Below, one piece after another: positions 1-9,040 of a DNA stretch of 39,832 bases. The position numbers and the translations under genes are program-made. The stretch covers positions 1-39,832 of the forward strand of contig CAIQWN010000033.1 in the NCBI GenBank assembly GCA_903875555.1, read 5' to 3'. Origin of the DNA: an uncultured bacterium (lineage in GTDB: Bacteria; Patescibacteriota; Minisyncoccia; Phycocordibacterales; UBA5272). Below the pieces are notes generated by a model. The model worked only from the letters and a program-made list of their open reading frames with translations, had not been told where the DNA came from and made no database searches. Each line of letters starts with the position of its first letter. The stretch's first letter is position 1.

Positions 1-116
1 ATAAAACAAGTTTTAGGAAAAATAGTTTCAAAAATTAAATTGATAATCCACATAAATATAAGTTTATTGTATTTATAAGAAAAATATAGTGTATAATTAA
101 TTTATAAATAATAAAT

Positions 117-1172
117 ATGTTCTCAATTTTTAATAAAACAAATAAAAAAGATGCAATCGGTATAGATATAGGTCCTTCATCTGTTAAAGTTGTTCAATTA
201 AGAAAGGAGGATGAAAGGATAGTGCTTGTTACTTATGGAGAAATAGAACTTGGTCCTTATGCTGGACTTGCACCATCTCAAGTTGCTATTTTAGGGGAAG
301 ATAAGATGACAGAAGTAATAAAAGATCTTTTAAAGGAAACAAAAGTAACTTGTAAAGAAGCTGTTATGGCTGTTGATTCTTCAGCTGCCTATGTTTCTAC
401 TATAACGGTTCCAAAACTTCCTCCAAATGAAGAGAAATTTATGATACCAATAGAAGCTAGGAAATATATTCCTATACCAATATCTGATGTTAAATTAGAC
501 TGGTGGCAAATACCAAGTAAAGAAGAAAATGACAGAACTAAGGAAATAGTTTTGGTTGCAGTAAAAAATGAAACATTAGAATCGTACGCTCGTATTGCTA
601 AGAATTTAGGTTTTGTTAATTTGGAAGTAGAAATAGAAGGTTTTAGTTTGGTTCGTAGTTTATTAAATAACAATCAAGGATTTTTTATTTTTGTTGATCT
701 TGGATCTATATATACAACAGTTAATGTGATTAAAGACGGTGTTGTTATCGATATGAATATTATAAATCATGGATCACAAGAAGGCACAGTACAACTTTCT
801 AAATCACTTTCCCTAACTGTTGAAACAGCAGAAGAAACAAAAAGAACTTTTGGATATGTTGGTGATAGTTCTAATGAGTATGTTAAAGAAATTTTAAAAC
901 TTTCGAGTTATCCACTGTTTGGTGAACTTGCTAGGCTTTTACTTATGTATGAAAGAAAGTATAATCAAGTAATAGAAGGAGTAGTTCTTTCTGGTGGAGG
1001 AGCAAAGGTCGCAGGTGTACTTGATGTATACAAAGATACAGTTCATAGTGATGCAGTTATTGCAACACCTTTTGATAAAATAGTTTATCCAGATTTTTTG
1101 AAAAATATAATTTCAAAAGTTGGACCAACTTATTCTGTGGCTGTTGGTCTTGCTCTTAAAAAACTACTATAA
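117..1172 (+). CDS. pilM: Type IV pilus assembly protein PilM (actin/FtsA-like)
   Basis: IGIDIGPSSVKVV N-terminal motif, VDLG, VLSGGGA, C-terminal AVGLALK; first gene of the pilus cluster. Confidence 0.93.
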   Translation: MFSIFNKTNKKDAIGIDIGPSSVKVVQLRKEDERIVLVTYGEIELGPYAGLAPSQVAILGEDKMTEVIKDLLKETKVTCKEAVMAVDSSAAYVSTITVPKLPPNEEKFMIPIEARKYIPIPISDVKLDWWQIPSKEENDRTKEIVLVAVKNETLESYARIAKNLGFVNLEVEIEGFSLVRSLLNNNQGFFIFVDLGSIYTTVNVIKDGVVIDMNIINHGSQEGTVQLSKSLSLTVETAEETKRTFGYVGDSSNEYVKEILKLSSYPLFGELARLLLMYERKYNQVIEGVVLSGGGAKVAGVLDVYKDTVHSDAVIATPFDKIVYPDFLKNIISKVGPTYSVAVGLALKKLL

Positions 1173-1177
1173 TATTT

Positions 1178-1948
1178 ATGTCTTTTTCTGATCCAAATAT
1201 AAATAACACTAAACAACCCACCGAAGAGGCTTCGTATAACTTCGTTAATCGTAAAAAAGATGAGGGAATGGGTTTAGTACAGCTTTTACTTGTGATAGTA
1301 ACAGTTTTTGTGATTTTATTATCTCTTGGTTTGTATGGATATTCTTTTTATTTAAAAACAGAAATAGCTAAAGATACAGATATTTTAAAAAATAATGGAA
1401 AAGCATTAGATAAATTTAATTTATCAGAAATAAAATCACTCTCTTATCGCCTTAAAATGGCAAATGGTTTAATTGCTGAACATCAATATATTGGATCTTT
1501 GTTTAATATTTTAGAAAAAAGCATTGAGGGCAGGATCGTTTATAATAGTTTCAATTTGTCTTTCGATGACTCAAAAAATAAGTACAATCTTTCTTTACAA
1601 GGTGAAGGAGCAAATTATGAGTCTGTGATTAAACAAATTGATATTCTTAAATCAAAAACTTATTCAGATTATTTTTCTAATCTTGAAGTTAGATCAATTG
1701 TAAACAAACCAAACAGTATTAGTTTTAGTTTGAATATGGATGTAAGTTTAACAGGAGAAGATAAAATGAAAGACAATCCTTTGTTTAATTTGAATAATCA
1801 ACCATCTAATTCAAGTATAGATACTGGTACATCATCTATACCAATAGCAACATCTACACAAGATATTTTTAATATAGACACCTCAAATACAGTAAAGAAA
1901 AGTAATCTAAAGGTCGAGAGTATTAATTCGGGAAGAACTAATAATTAA
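1178..1948 (+). CDS. PilN-like alignment protein
   Basis: Single N-terminal TM helix, coiled coil, ferredoxin-like LSLQGEGANYESV segment; directly after pilM. Confidence 0.65.
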   Translation: MSFSDPNINNTKQPTEEASYNFVNRKKDEGMGLVQLLLVIVTVFVILLSLGLYGYSFYLKTEIAKDTDILKNNGKALDKFNLSEIKSLSYRLKMANGLIAEHQYIGSLFNILEKSIEGRIVYNSFNLSFDDSKNKYNLSLQGEGANYESVIKQIDILKSKTYSDYFSNLEVRSIVNKPNSISFSLNMDVSLTGEDKMKDNPLFNLNNQPSNSSIDTGTSSIPIATSTQDIFNIDTSNTVKKSNLKVESINSGRTNN

Positions 1949-1952
1949 TAAT

Positions 1953-2543
1953 ATGTCAAAATCAATCGCTAATCTATTTTTAATAATCATAATTACCGCT
2001 TTATATATATTTGTAATTAATCCTTTACAGAAAGGCGATGGAACTATAGTTGGTCTTGATAAAAGTATAAGTGAACTTTCTTTTCAAAGAAACGATCTAA
2101 TAAATAATCAAGAACAAGTAAAAAATTTAACAGATAAAGCTAGTAAGTATGAATCAGAATATGAAATACTTAAAAAAGTAGAGTTAGGGAAAAGTGAAAG
2201 TGCAGAGCAGTCATTGCTGGCTATGATACCAAAATCAGTTGACCCTGTTAGAGTAGAGGAAGAGGTTTCTCGTATTTTGATAAATAGAGGATTTTCTTTG
2301 GATTCAATTTCTTATTCGCAAAATGGACAAACAATAAATAACAGGTATGGTTCTTATAATATTATTTTTACAACAAAAGGGGACTATAAAAGATTCAAAG
2401 ATCTTATAAATGATTTTGAAACAAGTAAGAGAATATATGTAATTAAATCAGTATCTTTTTCTTCACCTTCAGTATTAGATAGTAAGGCATCAACTGATAG
2501 CATGCCTTTCCAAGTTAAATTAGAAACCTATTATATGAATTAA
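1953..2543 (+). CDS. pilO: PilO-like alignment protein
   Basis: TM plus coiled coil, LLAMIP, KGDYKRFKDLINDFETSKRI (PilO-type pattern); synteny. Confidence 0.75.
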   Translation: MSKSIANLFLIIIITALYIFVINPLQKGDGTIVGLDKSISELSFQRNDLINNQEQVKNLTDKASKYESEYEILKKVELGKSESAEQSLLAMIPKSVDPVRVEEEVSRILINRGFSLDSISYSQNGQTINNRYGSYNIIFTTKGDYKRFKDLINDFETSKRIYVIKSVSFSSPSVLDSKASTDSMPFQVKLETYYMN

Positions 2544-2547
2544 TTTT

Positions 2548-2883
2548 ATGAAATCAGAAGATATATTTAGTGGTAAAAAAGAAATAATAGTTGAATTTTT
2601 TATAGGAATATTATTTGTCGTTGGTGTTTATTATTTGTTTAATATAGTTAAGGATAGTTCTTCACCAGTAACAACAAATACAGCTGGTGCAAGTTCTGGT
2701 TCCAGTTTTAATAATCTTTTGCAAGATTTGGACAAAGACAAGATTAATTTAGATGAAAAGACTTTTCAACAGAGTAATCTTTTTGGACAAATGAAAGATT
2801 TTTCTAGAACGATTTTGCCAAGTAACACCCCAGGTCGTGACAACCCATTCAATATATATGTTACTCCTAGATCTTCTAATTAG
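2548..2883 (+). CDS. Small membrane-anchored pilus-locus protein in the PilP position
   Basis: One TM helix, C-terminal GRDNPF resembling the PilP RDPF motif; between pilO and pilB. Confidence 0.5.
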   Translation: MKSEDIFSGKKEIIVEFFIGILFVVGVYYLFNIVKDSSSPVTTNTAGASSGSSFNNLLQDLDKDKINLDEKTFQQSNLFGQMKDFSRTILPSNTPGRDNPFNIYVTPRSSN

Positions 2884-4612
2884 TCAAAATAGAATAAGTG
2901 AAGATATTGCGAAAGAAATAAAAAATGACCTTGAAAAAAATAATGACGAGGTCATTGATAATTTACTTTCAAAACTATATATCACAGGTGAAGAATTAAC
3001 ACAGATTAGATCTGTTCTATATGGTTATCCAATTTATAAAGGTGAAATAAAAAAAGATGCTGAATTGTCTAAATTTATTAGTACAATACAAGCAAAGTCT
3101 TGGATGGCTCTTCCCCTTGAAGTAAAAGACGATGTTGTTTATGTTGGGGTTGTTGATCCAGACAGGGGAAATATTTTAAGTAGTTTGCAATTTTTATTTG
3201 GTGGCGAGCATCGTGCATATAAAATATTTTTAATTTCCTTTGATGATTTTAAAAATTATTTAGGTGGAGATTTTATTATTTCTGATGTTAAAGATAATGT
3301 AAATGGTAAAAATAATATAGACGATAAAGTAAAACTTTCAAAAATTAATGAGAAAGACGCCAATGAAGTTGATTTAGGTAATAATGACACTGTTGATTTA
3401 ACAGACGTAGATGCAATACTTGACGATAAATTAGAAAAGAAGGCTGTACCAATGATTTTAAATATTTTACTTCGTTATGCAATAGATCATAATGCCTCAG
3501 ATATTCATATAGAAGATTCAGGAAGCTCAGTAAGAGTAAGGTGTCGTGTCGATGGTGTTTTAAATACAGTTATTTCTTTACCAATAAAAGTTCATTCAAT
3601 GATTGTTGCTAGAGTAAAAATTCTTTGCGCAATGAAACTTGATGAAAAAAGAAAACCACAAGACGGTCGTTTTAGTACAAAATTAAATGATAGAAATATT
3701 GACTATCGTGTTTCTACTTTCCCTGGATATTATGGTGAAAAAGTCGTGATAAGAGTGCTTGATAGTTATAAAGGTGTTAGAGAATTAAAGTCTCTTGGTT
3801 TTTCTATTTCACAAATAGCACAAATTAGAGATGCCCTAACTAAACCTTATGGTATTGTTTTGATCTCTGGTCCAACAGGTTCTGGTAAAACAACAACGCT
3901 TTATTCTATGCTTAATGAAATAGATAGAGATCATAGAAATGTTGTTTCTCTTGAAGATCCGATAGAATATAACGTTCCAAATATGAATCAGTCACAAATA
4001 TTTCCAGAGATTGGTTATACTTTTGCAACAGGTCTTCGTTCTATTTTGCGTCAAGATCCAGACGTGATAATGGTTGGAGAAATTCGTGATGCAGAAACAG
4101 CAGAACTCGCAATACAAGCTGCGCTTACAGGTCACTTAGTGTTCTCGACAATTCACACCAATACAGCGGTGGGAGTTATTACTCGTTTACTTGATATGGG
4201 TGTTGAGCCGTTTTTGATTGCACCAACACTTATTTTAACTATTGGACAAAGATTAGTTAGAAAAATAGATGATACTTGTGCGAGTCCTCTTCCTATGGAT
4301 GTAGGTATGAAGGCAATGATCGATGAAGAATTTAAAGAGTTAGGCGATGAATTCAAATCAAAATTAAAATTAGACAGACCATTTAATAATGCTGTGGGTA
4401 ATGAAAATAATCCAAGTGGTCTTAAAGGAAGAATACCAGTTTTGGAAGTTTTGGAATTAAATAATGAGATACAGGAATGTATTGTTGCTAAGAAGGGTGA
4501 AGATGAAATTACAGATGTTGCTAGAAAATTTGGAATGATAACAATGAGACAAGATGCGATGTTGAAGTCTATGGAGGGTATAGTACCTTTCTCAGAAATC
4601 CACGAGTTATAA
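2858..4612 (+). CDS. pilB: Pilus extension ATPase PilB/GspE
   Basis: ASDIHIE, RVDGVL, PQDGRF, Walker A GPTGSGKTT, LRQDPDVIMVGEIRD; ATG 2858 preferred over GTG 2837. Confidence 0.95.
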   Translation: MLLLDLLISQNRISEDIAKEIKNDLEKNNDEVIDNLLSKLYITGEELTQIRSVLYGYPIYKGEIKKDAELSKFISTIQAKSWMALPLEVKDDVVYVGVVDPDRGNILSSLQFLFGGEHRAYKIFLISFDDFKNYLGGDFIISDVKDNVNGKNNIDDKVKLSKINEKDANEVDLGNNDTVDLTDVDAILDDKLEKKAVPMILNILLRYAIDHNASDIHIEDSGSSVRVRCRVDGVLNTVISLPIKVHSMIVARVKILCAMKLDEKRKPQDGRFSTKLNDRNIDYRVSTFPGYYGEKVVIRVLDSYKGVRELKSLGFSISQIAQIRDALTKPYGIVLISGPTGSGKTTTLYSMLNEIDRDHRNVVSLEDPIEYNVPNMNQSQIFPEIGYTFATGLRSILRQDPDVIMVGEIRDAETAELAIQAALTGHLVFSTIHTNTAVGVITRLLDMGVEPFLIAPTLILTIGQRLVRKIDDTCASPLPMDVGMKAMIDEEFKELGDEFKSKLKLDRPFNNAVGNENNPSGLKGRIPVLEVLELNNEIQECIVAKKGEDEITDVARKFGMITMRQDAMLKSMEGIVPFSEIHEL

Positions 4613-4720
4613 GCAAAAAATTACCACATATGCTTCGTTAAAAGAAATTTTTATTTCGTCGCCGTACTAAATGTACGACTTCTTATAAAAATTTCTTTTG
4701 CCTTGCCTCTGCTGTATTTT
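4613..4720. repeat. Nested palindromic element, copy A (CGTAC-loop-GTACG apex)
   Basis: Perfect 15-bp stem 4640-4654/4685-4699 around apex CGTAC-TAAAT-GTACG; same architecture as 36305-36426. Confidence 0.6.
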
Positions 4721-4788
4721 AATGTTTGTAAAATTCTAATTTTTGTGTTTCAATTCTAAATGAACTAACTTTGTTGAAAGGATAGAAT

Positions 4789-4926
4789 GTGAAATCTTAC
4801 GAGTGGAGTAAACCAAAGTTTGTTTCTTACTGGCCGATCATACTTGTTTATGGTTTTGCTTTGGTTGGATTGATAGACATGCTTACGATGATTCCATTTA
4901 AGTGGTTATATCATTTGTTTTTTTAA
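4789..4926 (+). CDS. Putative 45-aa membrane microprotein (not in ORF track)
   Basis: AAGGA SD-like 6 nt before GTG; MKSYEWSKPKFVSYWPIILVYGFALVGLIDMLTMIPFKWLYHLFF; followed by hairpin and T-tract at about 4946-4975. Confidence 0.5.
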   Translation: MKSYEWSKPKFVSYWPIILVYGFALVGLIDMLTMIPFKWLYHLFF

Positions 4927-4990
4927 TTTCAATATTCAGATGATAAAAAGGTGGTGTCGCCCGCATCACCTTTTTGTATTTTGTATTTTT

Positions 4991-5026
4991 TCTGCGTTGT
5001 TCTGCGTTCCGTCTGCGAGTGTCCGC
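4991..5026. repeat. Short 10-11-nt TCTGCG-unit tandem repeat
   Basis: tctgcgttgt tctgcgttccg tctgcgagtg tccgc; related copy at 24340-24377. Confidence 0.6.
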
Positions 5027-5061
5027 ACTTTGATTGTCCACAACTGACATTTCATAATGAG

Positions 5062-5070
5062 TGTTATAAT
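5062..5070 (+). promoter_or_regulatory. Extended -10 promoter of pilT (leaderless-type)
   Basis: TGTTATAAT, 6 nt, then ATG at 5077. Confidence 0.7.
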
Positions 5071-5076
5071 TTTATT

Positions 5077-6135
5077 ATGAATTATGAAACTGAACTCGAT
5101 GATTTAATAATGACTTTAGTTAAAGAATCTGGATCGGATCTACATCTTACTGTGGGGACATTTCCAACTGTTCGTATTAACGGTGAACTTATTTCTTTAA
5201 CAAGAAAAAATGAAGTTACAGCAGAAGATAATGTTGGTTATCTTAATGCTATGATTTCTGAAAAATTATTTACTAATTTTGTTATCAAACAAGAATTAGA
5301 TTTTTCTTATGAACATAAAAAGGAGTATCGTCTTCGTTGCAATGCTTCTTTCCAAAAAGGTGTTATTTCTATAGCGATGCGTTTGGTTGTTAAAGCAAAA
5401 AGTATAGAAGAATTAAATCTTCCAACACAGTTACTTGATTTTGCATCAAGAAAAGAAGGTTTCTTTTTGGTTGTTGGTCCTGTTGGCCAAGGAAAATCAA
5501 CAACATTGTCAGCAATGATTTCTCATATTAATACTTTAGAAAAAAGACACATTGTAACCATTGAAGATCCAATAGAATATGTTTATACACAAGACAAATC
5601 TTTAATAGAACAAAGAGAAGTTGGTATAGACACAGAAAGTTTCCACGAAGCTCTAAGACGTGCCTTTAGACAAGATATGGATGTGATCATGGTTGGAGAA
5701 ATGCGTGATAAAGAAACAATGGCGACCGCTGTTACCGCAGCTGAGACAGGGCATTTAGTTTTGGCTACACTTCACTCAAATTCAGCAGCGCAAACAATAG
5801 ATAGAATAATAGATACATTCCCAGGTGATCAACAAAATCAAATTAGATCACAATTAGCAGCAACTCTTATCGGCATCTTGTCACAAAGATTACTTCCAAG
5901 TATTTCAGGTGGGATGATTCCTGCTTGTGAACTTTTACTTAACACAAAAGCCGTAGCGAACCTTATTCGTGAAAACAGAACTTATGAAATAGATATGTTA
6001 ATAGAAACTGGTTCATCAGAAGGTATGATTGATATGGATAGACACTTAGCAGAACTTGTAAAGAGTGGGCAAGTTTTGAAAGATGTCGCTCGTAAATATT
6101 CAAATAAGACAAGTTTATTTGATAAACTTATTTAA
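5077..6135 (+). CDS. pilT: Pilus retraction ATPase PilT
   Basis: SDLHL, Walker A GPVGQGKST, TIEDPIE, GEMRD, AAETGHLV, AVANLIRE (AIRNLIRE-like); start moved from 4951 to ATG 5077. Confidence 0.93.
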   Translation: MNYETELDDLIMTLVKESGSDLHLTVGTFPTVRINGELISLTRKNEVTAEDNVGYLNAMISEKLFTNFVIKQELDFSYEHKKEYRLRCNASFQKGVISIAMRLVVKAKSIEELNLPTQLLDFASRKEGFFLVVGPVGQGKSTTLSAMISHINTLEKRHIVTIEDPIEYVYTQDKSLIEQREVGIDTESFHEALRRAFRQDMDVIMVGEMRDKETMATAVTAAETGHLVLATLHSNSAAQTIDRIIDTFPGDQQNQIRSQLAATLIGILSQRLLPSISGGMIPACELLLNTKAVANLIRENRTYEIDMLIETGSSEGMIDMDRHLAELVKSGQVLKDVARKYSNKTSLFDKLI

Positions 6136-6140
6136 TTATT

Positions 6141-7361
6141 ATGATTTTTAAATACATTTGTATAAATCAAGAAAATAATCGCGTTGAGGGTACTATTGAT
6201 TCCAAAAATTTAGATACAGCAATTTCAGAATTACAAAAGAAAGACCTAACAGTTATTTCTATTAAGGAAGGAATACAAAAAGGAAGGAATGAAAAAAATG
6301 TTTCGGTTGATAGTGCTTTGTTTAAACAAAAAATAACAGTAAAAGACGTTGTTATTTTTTCAAGACAGATAGCTATCTTGTTTGAGGCTGGTGTTTCTGC
6401 TCTTAAATCTTTTAGATTGCTCGCTACAGAAAACACAAATAGAACATTCGCATTAGAGTTAACAAAAATTGCAGATTTTATTGAGTCTGGTACATCTCTT
6501 TCTAATTCACTTGGAAAAAATCCAGATCTATTTCCTCCTTTTTATGTGAATATGGTGAAGGCTGGCGAAGAAAGTGGAAAATTAAATGATACTTTTATGT
6601 ATTTGGCGGATCATCTTGATCGTGAATATGAATTATCACAAAAAATTAGAAAAGCGGTAACATATCCGATATTCGTGGTCGCAACATTTATAATAGTGCT
6701 AACGATAATGCTTCTTTTTGTTGTTCCAAAAATTTCTGGTATGTTTGCTGAACAAAACATGACGCTACCTTTAGTGACTCGTATAGTTATTGGGCTATCA
6801 AACTTTGTTGTCGATTATTTTATCTACGCTTTTCCTTGTTTGATTTTCTTTTTATGGGTTTGTTATAAATATAATAAAACAGAAAACGGCAAAAGATATT
6901 TTGATTCTCGTAAATTGGAAATTCCTCTACTTAATGATTTTTATAAAAAAGCATTTCTTACAAGACTCTCTGATAATATGAATACAATGATAACATCAGG
7001 TGTGCCAATTGTTCATGCTCTAGAAATTACTGCAAATGTTTTAGATAATTTAATATATAGGGATATGGTTATTCGTATTTCTAAAAAAGTAGAATCAGGT
7101 GTTCCTTTTTCTAAAGCTTTGTACGACGAAGAAGAGATACCAAATATTTTAGTGCAAATGGTTAGAATTGGTGAGGAGACTGGTAAGATTGGTTATGTTT
7201 TGAAAAATTTAGCGAACTTCTATAAAAGAGAGTTGGATAATAGTATTGATAATCTGATTTCTCTAATTGAACCTATAATGATTGTAGGGTTAGGTATTGG
7301 TGTTGGTGGGCTTGTAGCGGCGATTCTTCTTCCAATGTATAGTTTGGCCTCGAATCTATAA
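6141..7361 (+). CDS. pilC: Inner-membrane platform protein PilC/GspF
   Basis: Two T2SSF repeats (AGEESGKL, IGEETGKI), TYP, LIEP, LLPMY. Confidence 0.95.
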   Translation: MIFKYICINQENNRVEGTIDSKNLDTAISELQKKDLTVISIKEGIQKGRNEKNVSVDSALFKQKITVKDVVIFSRQIAILFEAGVSALKSFRLLATENTNRTFALELTKIADFIESGTSLSNSLGKNPDLFPPFYVNMVKAGEESGKLNDTFMYLADHLDREYELSQKIRKAVTYPIFVVATFIIVLTIMLLFVVPKISGMFAEQNMTLPLVTRIVIGLSNFVVDYFIYAFPCLIFFLWVCYKYNKTENGKRYFDSRKLEIPLLNDFYKKAFLTRLSDNMNTMITSGVPIVHALEITANVLDNLIYRDMVIRISKKVESGVPFSKALYDEEEIPNILVQMVRIGEETGKIGYVLKNLANFYKRELDNSIDNLISLIEPIMIVGLGIGVGGLVAAILLPMYSLASNL

Positions 7362-7527
7362 CTAGTTAATAGCCAATAGCCACTAGGGTTTAGGAAATAC
7401 AAATTCAAACGCGGTTTCGCGAAGCGAAACCGCGTTTGAATTTCACTATTGGTTATTAACACATTCGGCTTGCTAGCCTCAGTGTCTTCGTCATCTTCAT
7501 TCCTCGACCTATTGGCTAACAACTAGT
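7361..7527. repeat. Composite palindromic element between pilC and pilin
   Basis: Outer inverted repeat 7362-7379/7509-7526 (16/18 match), inner perfect 20-bp hairpin 7401-7443 (loop GAA), GA-rich module about 7461-7510. Confidence 0.7.
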
Positions 7528-7608
7528 CCAGATATCCACCTTATTCCTTTGCTTTTATTTGTGTAGGTTATATACTGTATTTAATTACTAAACAAGTAAA
7601 AACAAATT

Positions 7609-8226
7609 ATGAATATATTTAATTACTCAAATAAACAAGTTCGCGGTTTTACACTTATCGAATTGCTAGTGGTGATTGCTATTATAGGTCTTCTATCAAC
7701 TGTTATTGCACAACCAGTTACACAAGCATTTAAAAAAGCTCGTGATGGTAAAAAGATTTCAGATATTCACGCAATAGAAGCAGCTCTTCAATCTTACGCA
7801 ACAGCAAATGGTGGTTATTACCCTAATACTTTAGCGGATCTTGTTACATCTAAAGATTTACCAAAATTACCAACAAATGCAGATGGTGCGACTGTATTAA
7901 GAGATAAATATATGTATGTGGTTTATCAAAATAGTGATGTTCCACCTAAAAATATGGGTTATCATTTAGGTGTTAAATTAGAAGTAAATGGACCAGCTCT
8001 TGATGATGACAAAGATTGTACTGGTTTATCTGGAACTACTCCTTGTTTGGTTTATTCAGGTACAGCAGTTGCTACAAATGTTGGTTCTACTGGTTTTTCG
8101 ACAGGTGCTAATGTGGCTTACAGTGGTTCTGCTGATTTTGATGGTGCGGATCTTGGTTCTAAAGAAAATTGTTCATCTACAGTTTTCTTTGGTACAGGTG
8201 CTTGTATCTACGATTTAACACAATAA
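7609..8226 (+). CDS. Type IV pilin, probable major pilin
   Basis: Class III signal RG|FTLIELLVVIAIIGLL, KARD motif, C-terminal Cys pairs; own promoter (TATACT 7571-7576). Confidence 0.88.
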   Translation: MNIFNYSNKQVRGFTLIELLVVIAIIGLLSTVIAQPVTQAFKKARDGKKISDIHAIEAALQSYATANGGYYPNTLADLVTSKDLPKLPTNADGATVLRDKYMYVVYQNSDVPPKNMGYHLGVKLEVNGPALDDDKDCTGLSGTTPCLVYSGTAVATNVGSTGFSTGANVAYSGSADFDGADLGSKENCSSTVFFGTGACIYDLTQ

Positions 8227-8237
8227 TAATTGTCCCT

Positions 8238-9014
8238 GTGTTTTACTTTCTTTCGTTTATTTTTGGATCAGCTATTGGGAGTTTCGTTAATGTGATAGTT
8301 GCGAGACTTGGTGTTTCGTCAATAGTTAAAGGTAGAAGCAAATGTCTTCACTGTAATACAACTCTTTCTTGGAAGGAGTTGTTTCCAGTTTTGTCTTATG
8401 TTATTCAAGATGGTAAGTGTAAAACATGTGATTCTAAATATGGATTTGAGCATTTAGTTGTAGAAATATTTTTTGGCCTATTATTTATTTGCGTCTATTA
8501 TTTCATTTTACTTGGACAAATTGATAAAACTCATCAATTATTTTGGCTTATTTATTATACTTTGTTTTTTATCACATTAGGCACTGTTACTCTCTACGAT
8601 CTTAAACATAAAGTTATCCCAATAAATTATTTTCTAGGTTTTTTTACTCTAACTCTTATTGAATTGTTTTTGAGATATCAAAGTGAGGGAAATTTAGTTG
8701 TTTTTTTGTCTCCACTTGTTGTTTCTTTCCCATTTCTTTTACTTTTTGTTATGTCTCGTGGAAAGTGGCTTGGCTTTGGTGATGTACTTATGCTTATTGC
8801 TGTGGGTTCGTTTTTTGAATTGCTTCAAGGTATCACTGTGTTTTTCTTTTCTGTTTGGATAGGGGCGATAGTTGGTTTGATTTTGAAGTTTATAAATAAA
8901 AAAGTAAAAATGAAGACAGAGATACCGTTCATTCCATTTATTGCGGTTGCGATAATAATTGTTTTATTTACAGATACTGATGTTTTTGGTTTGATTAATG
9001 GACTGTCTTTATAA
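8238..9014 (+). CDS. pilD: Prepilin peptidase
   Basis: GSFVNV, CLHC and CKTC zinc motifs, YDLKHKVIP, GFGD, IPFIPFI; start uncertain (GTG 8238 vs TTG 8169). Confidence 0.92.
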   Translation: MFYFLSFIFGSAIGSFVNVIVARLGVSSIVKGRSKCLHCNTTLSWKELFPVLSYVIQDGKCKTCDSKYGFEHLVVEIFFGLLFICVYYFILLGQIDKTHQLFWLIYYTLFFITLGTVTLYDLKHKVIPINYFLGFFTLTLIELFLRYQSEGNLVVFLSPLVVSFPFLLLFVMSRGKWLGFGDVLMLIAVGSFFELLQGITVFFFSVWIGAIVGLILKFINKKVKMKTEIPFIPFIAVAIIIVLFTDTDVFGLINGLSL

Positions 9015-9040
9015 TTTTATTACGAGATTTGTATTCTAGG

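Noticed and set aside
4951-5076. Cys-rich N-terminal extension of PilT in the ORF track
   Set aside because: It translates a terminator, the TCTGCG repeat and the promoter; ATG 5077 fits much better.
7220-7522. 100-aa minus-strand ORF
   Set aside because: It runs through palindromic repeats and antisense pilC; the open frame is explained by the repeats.
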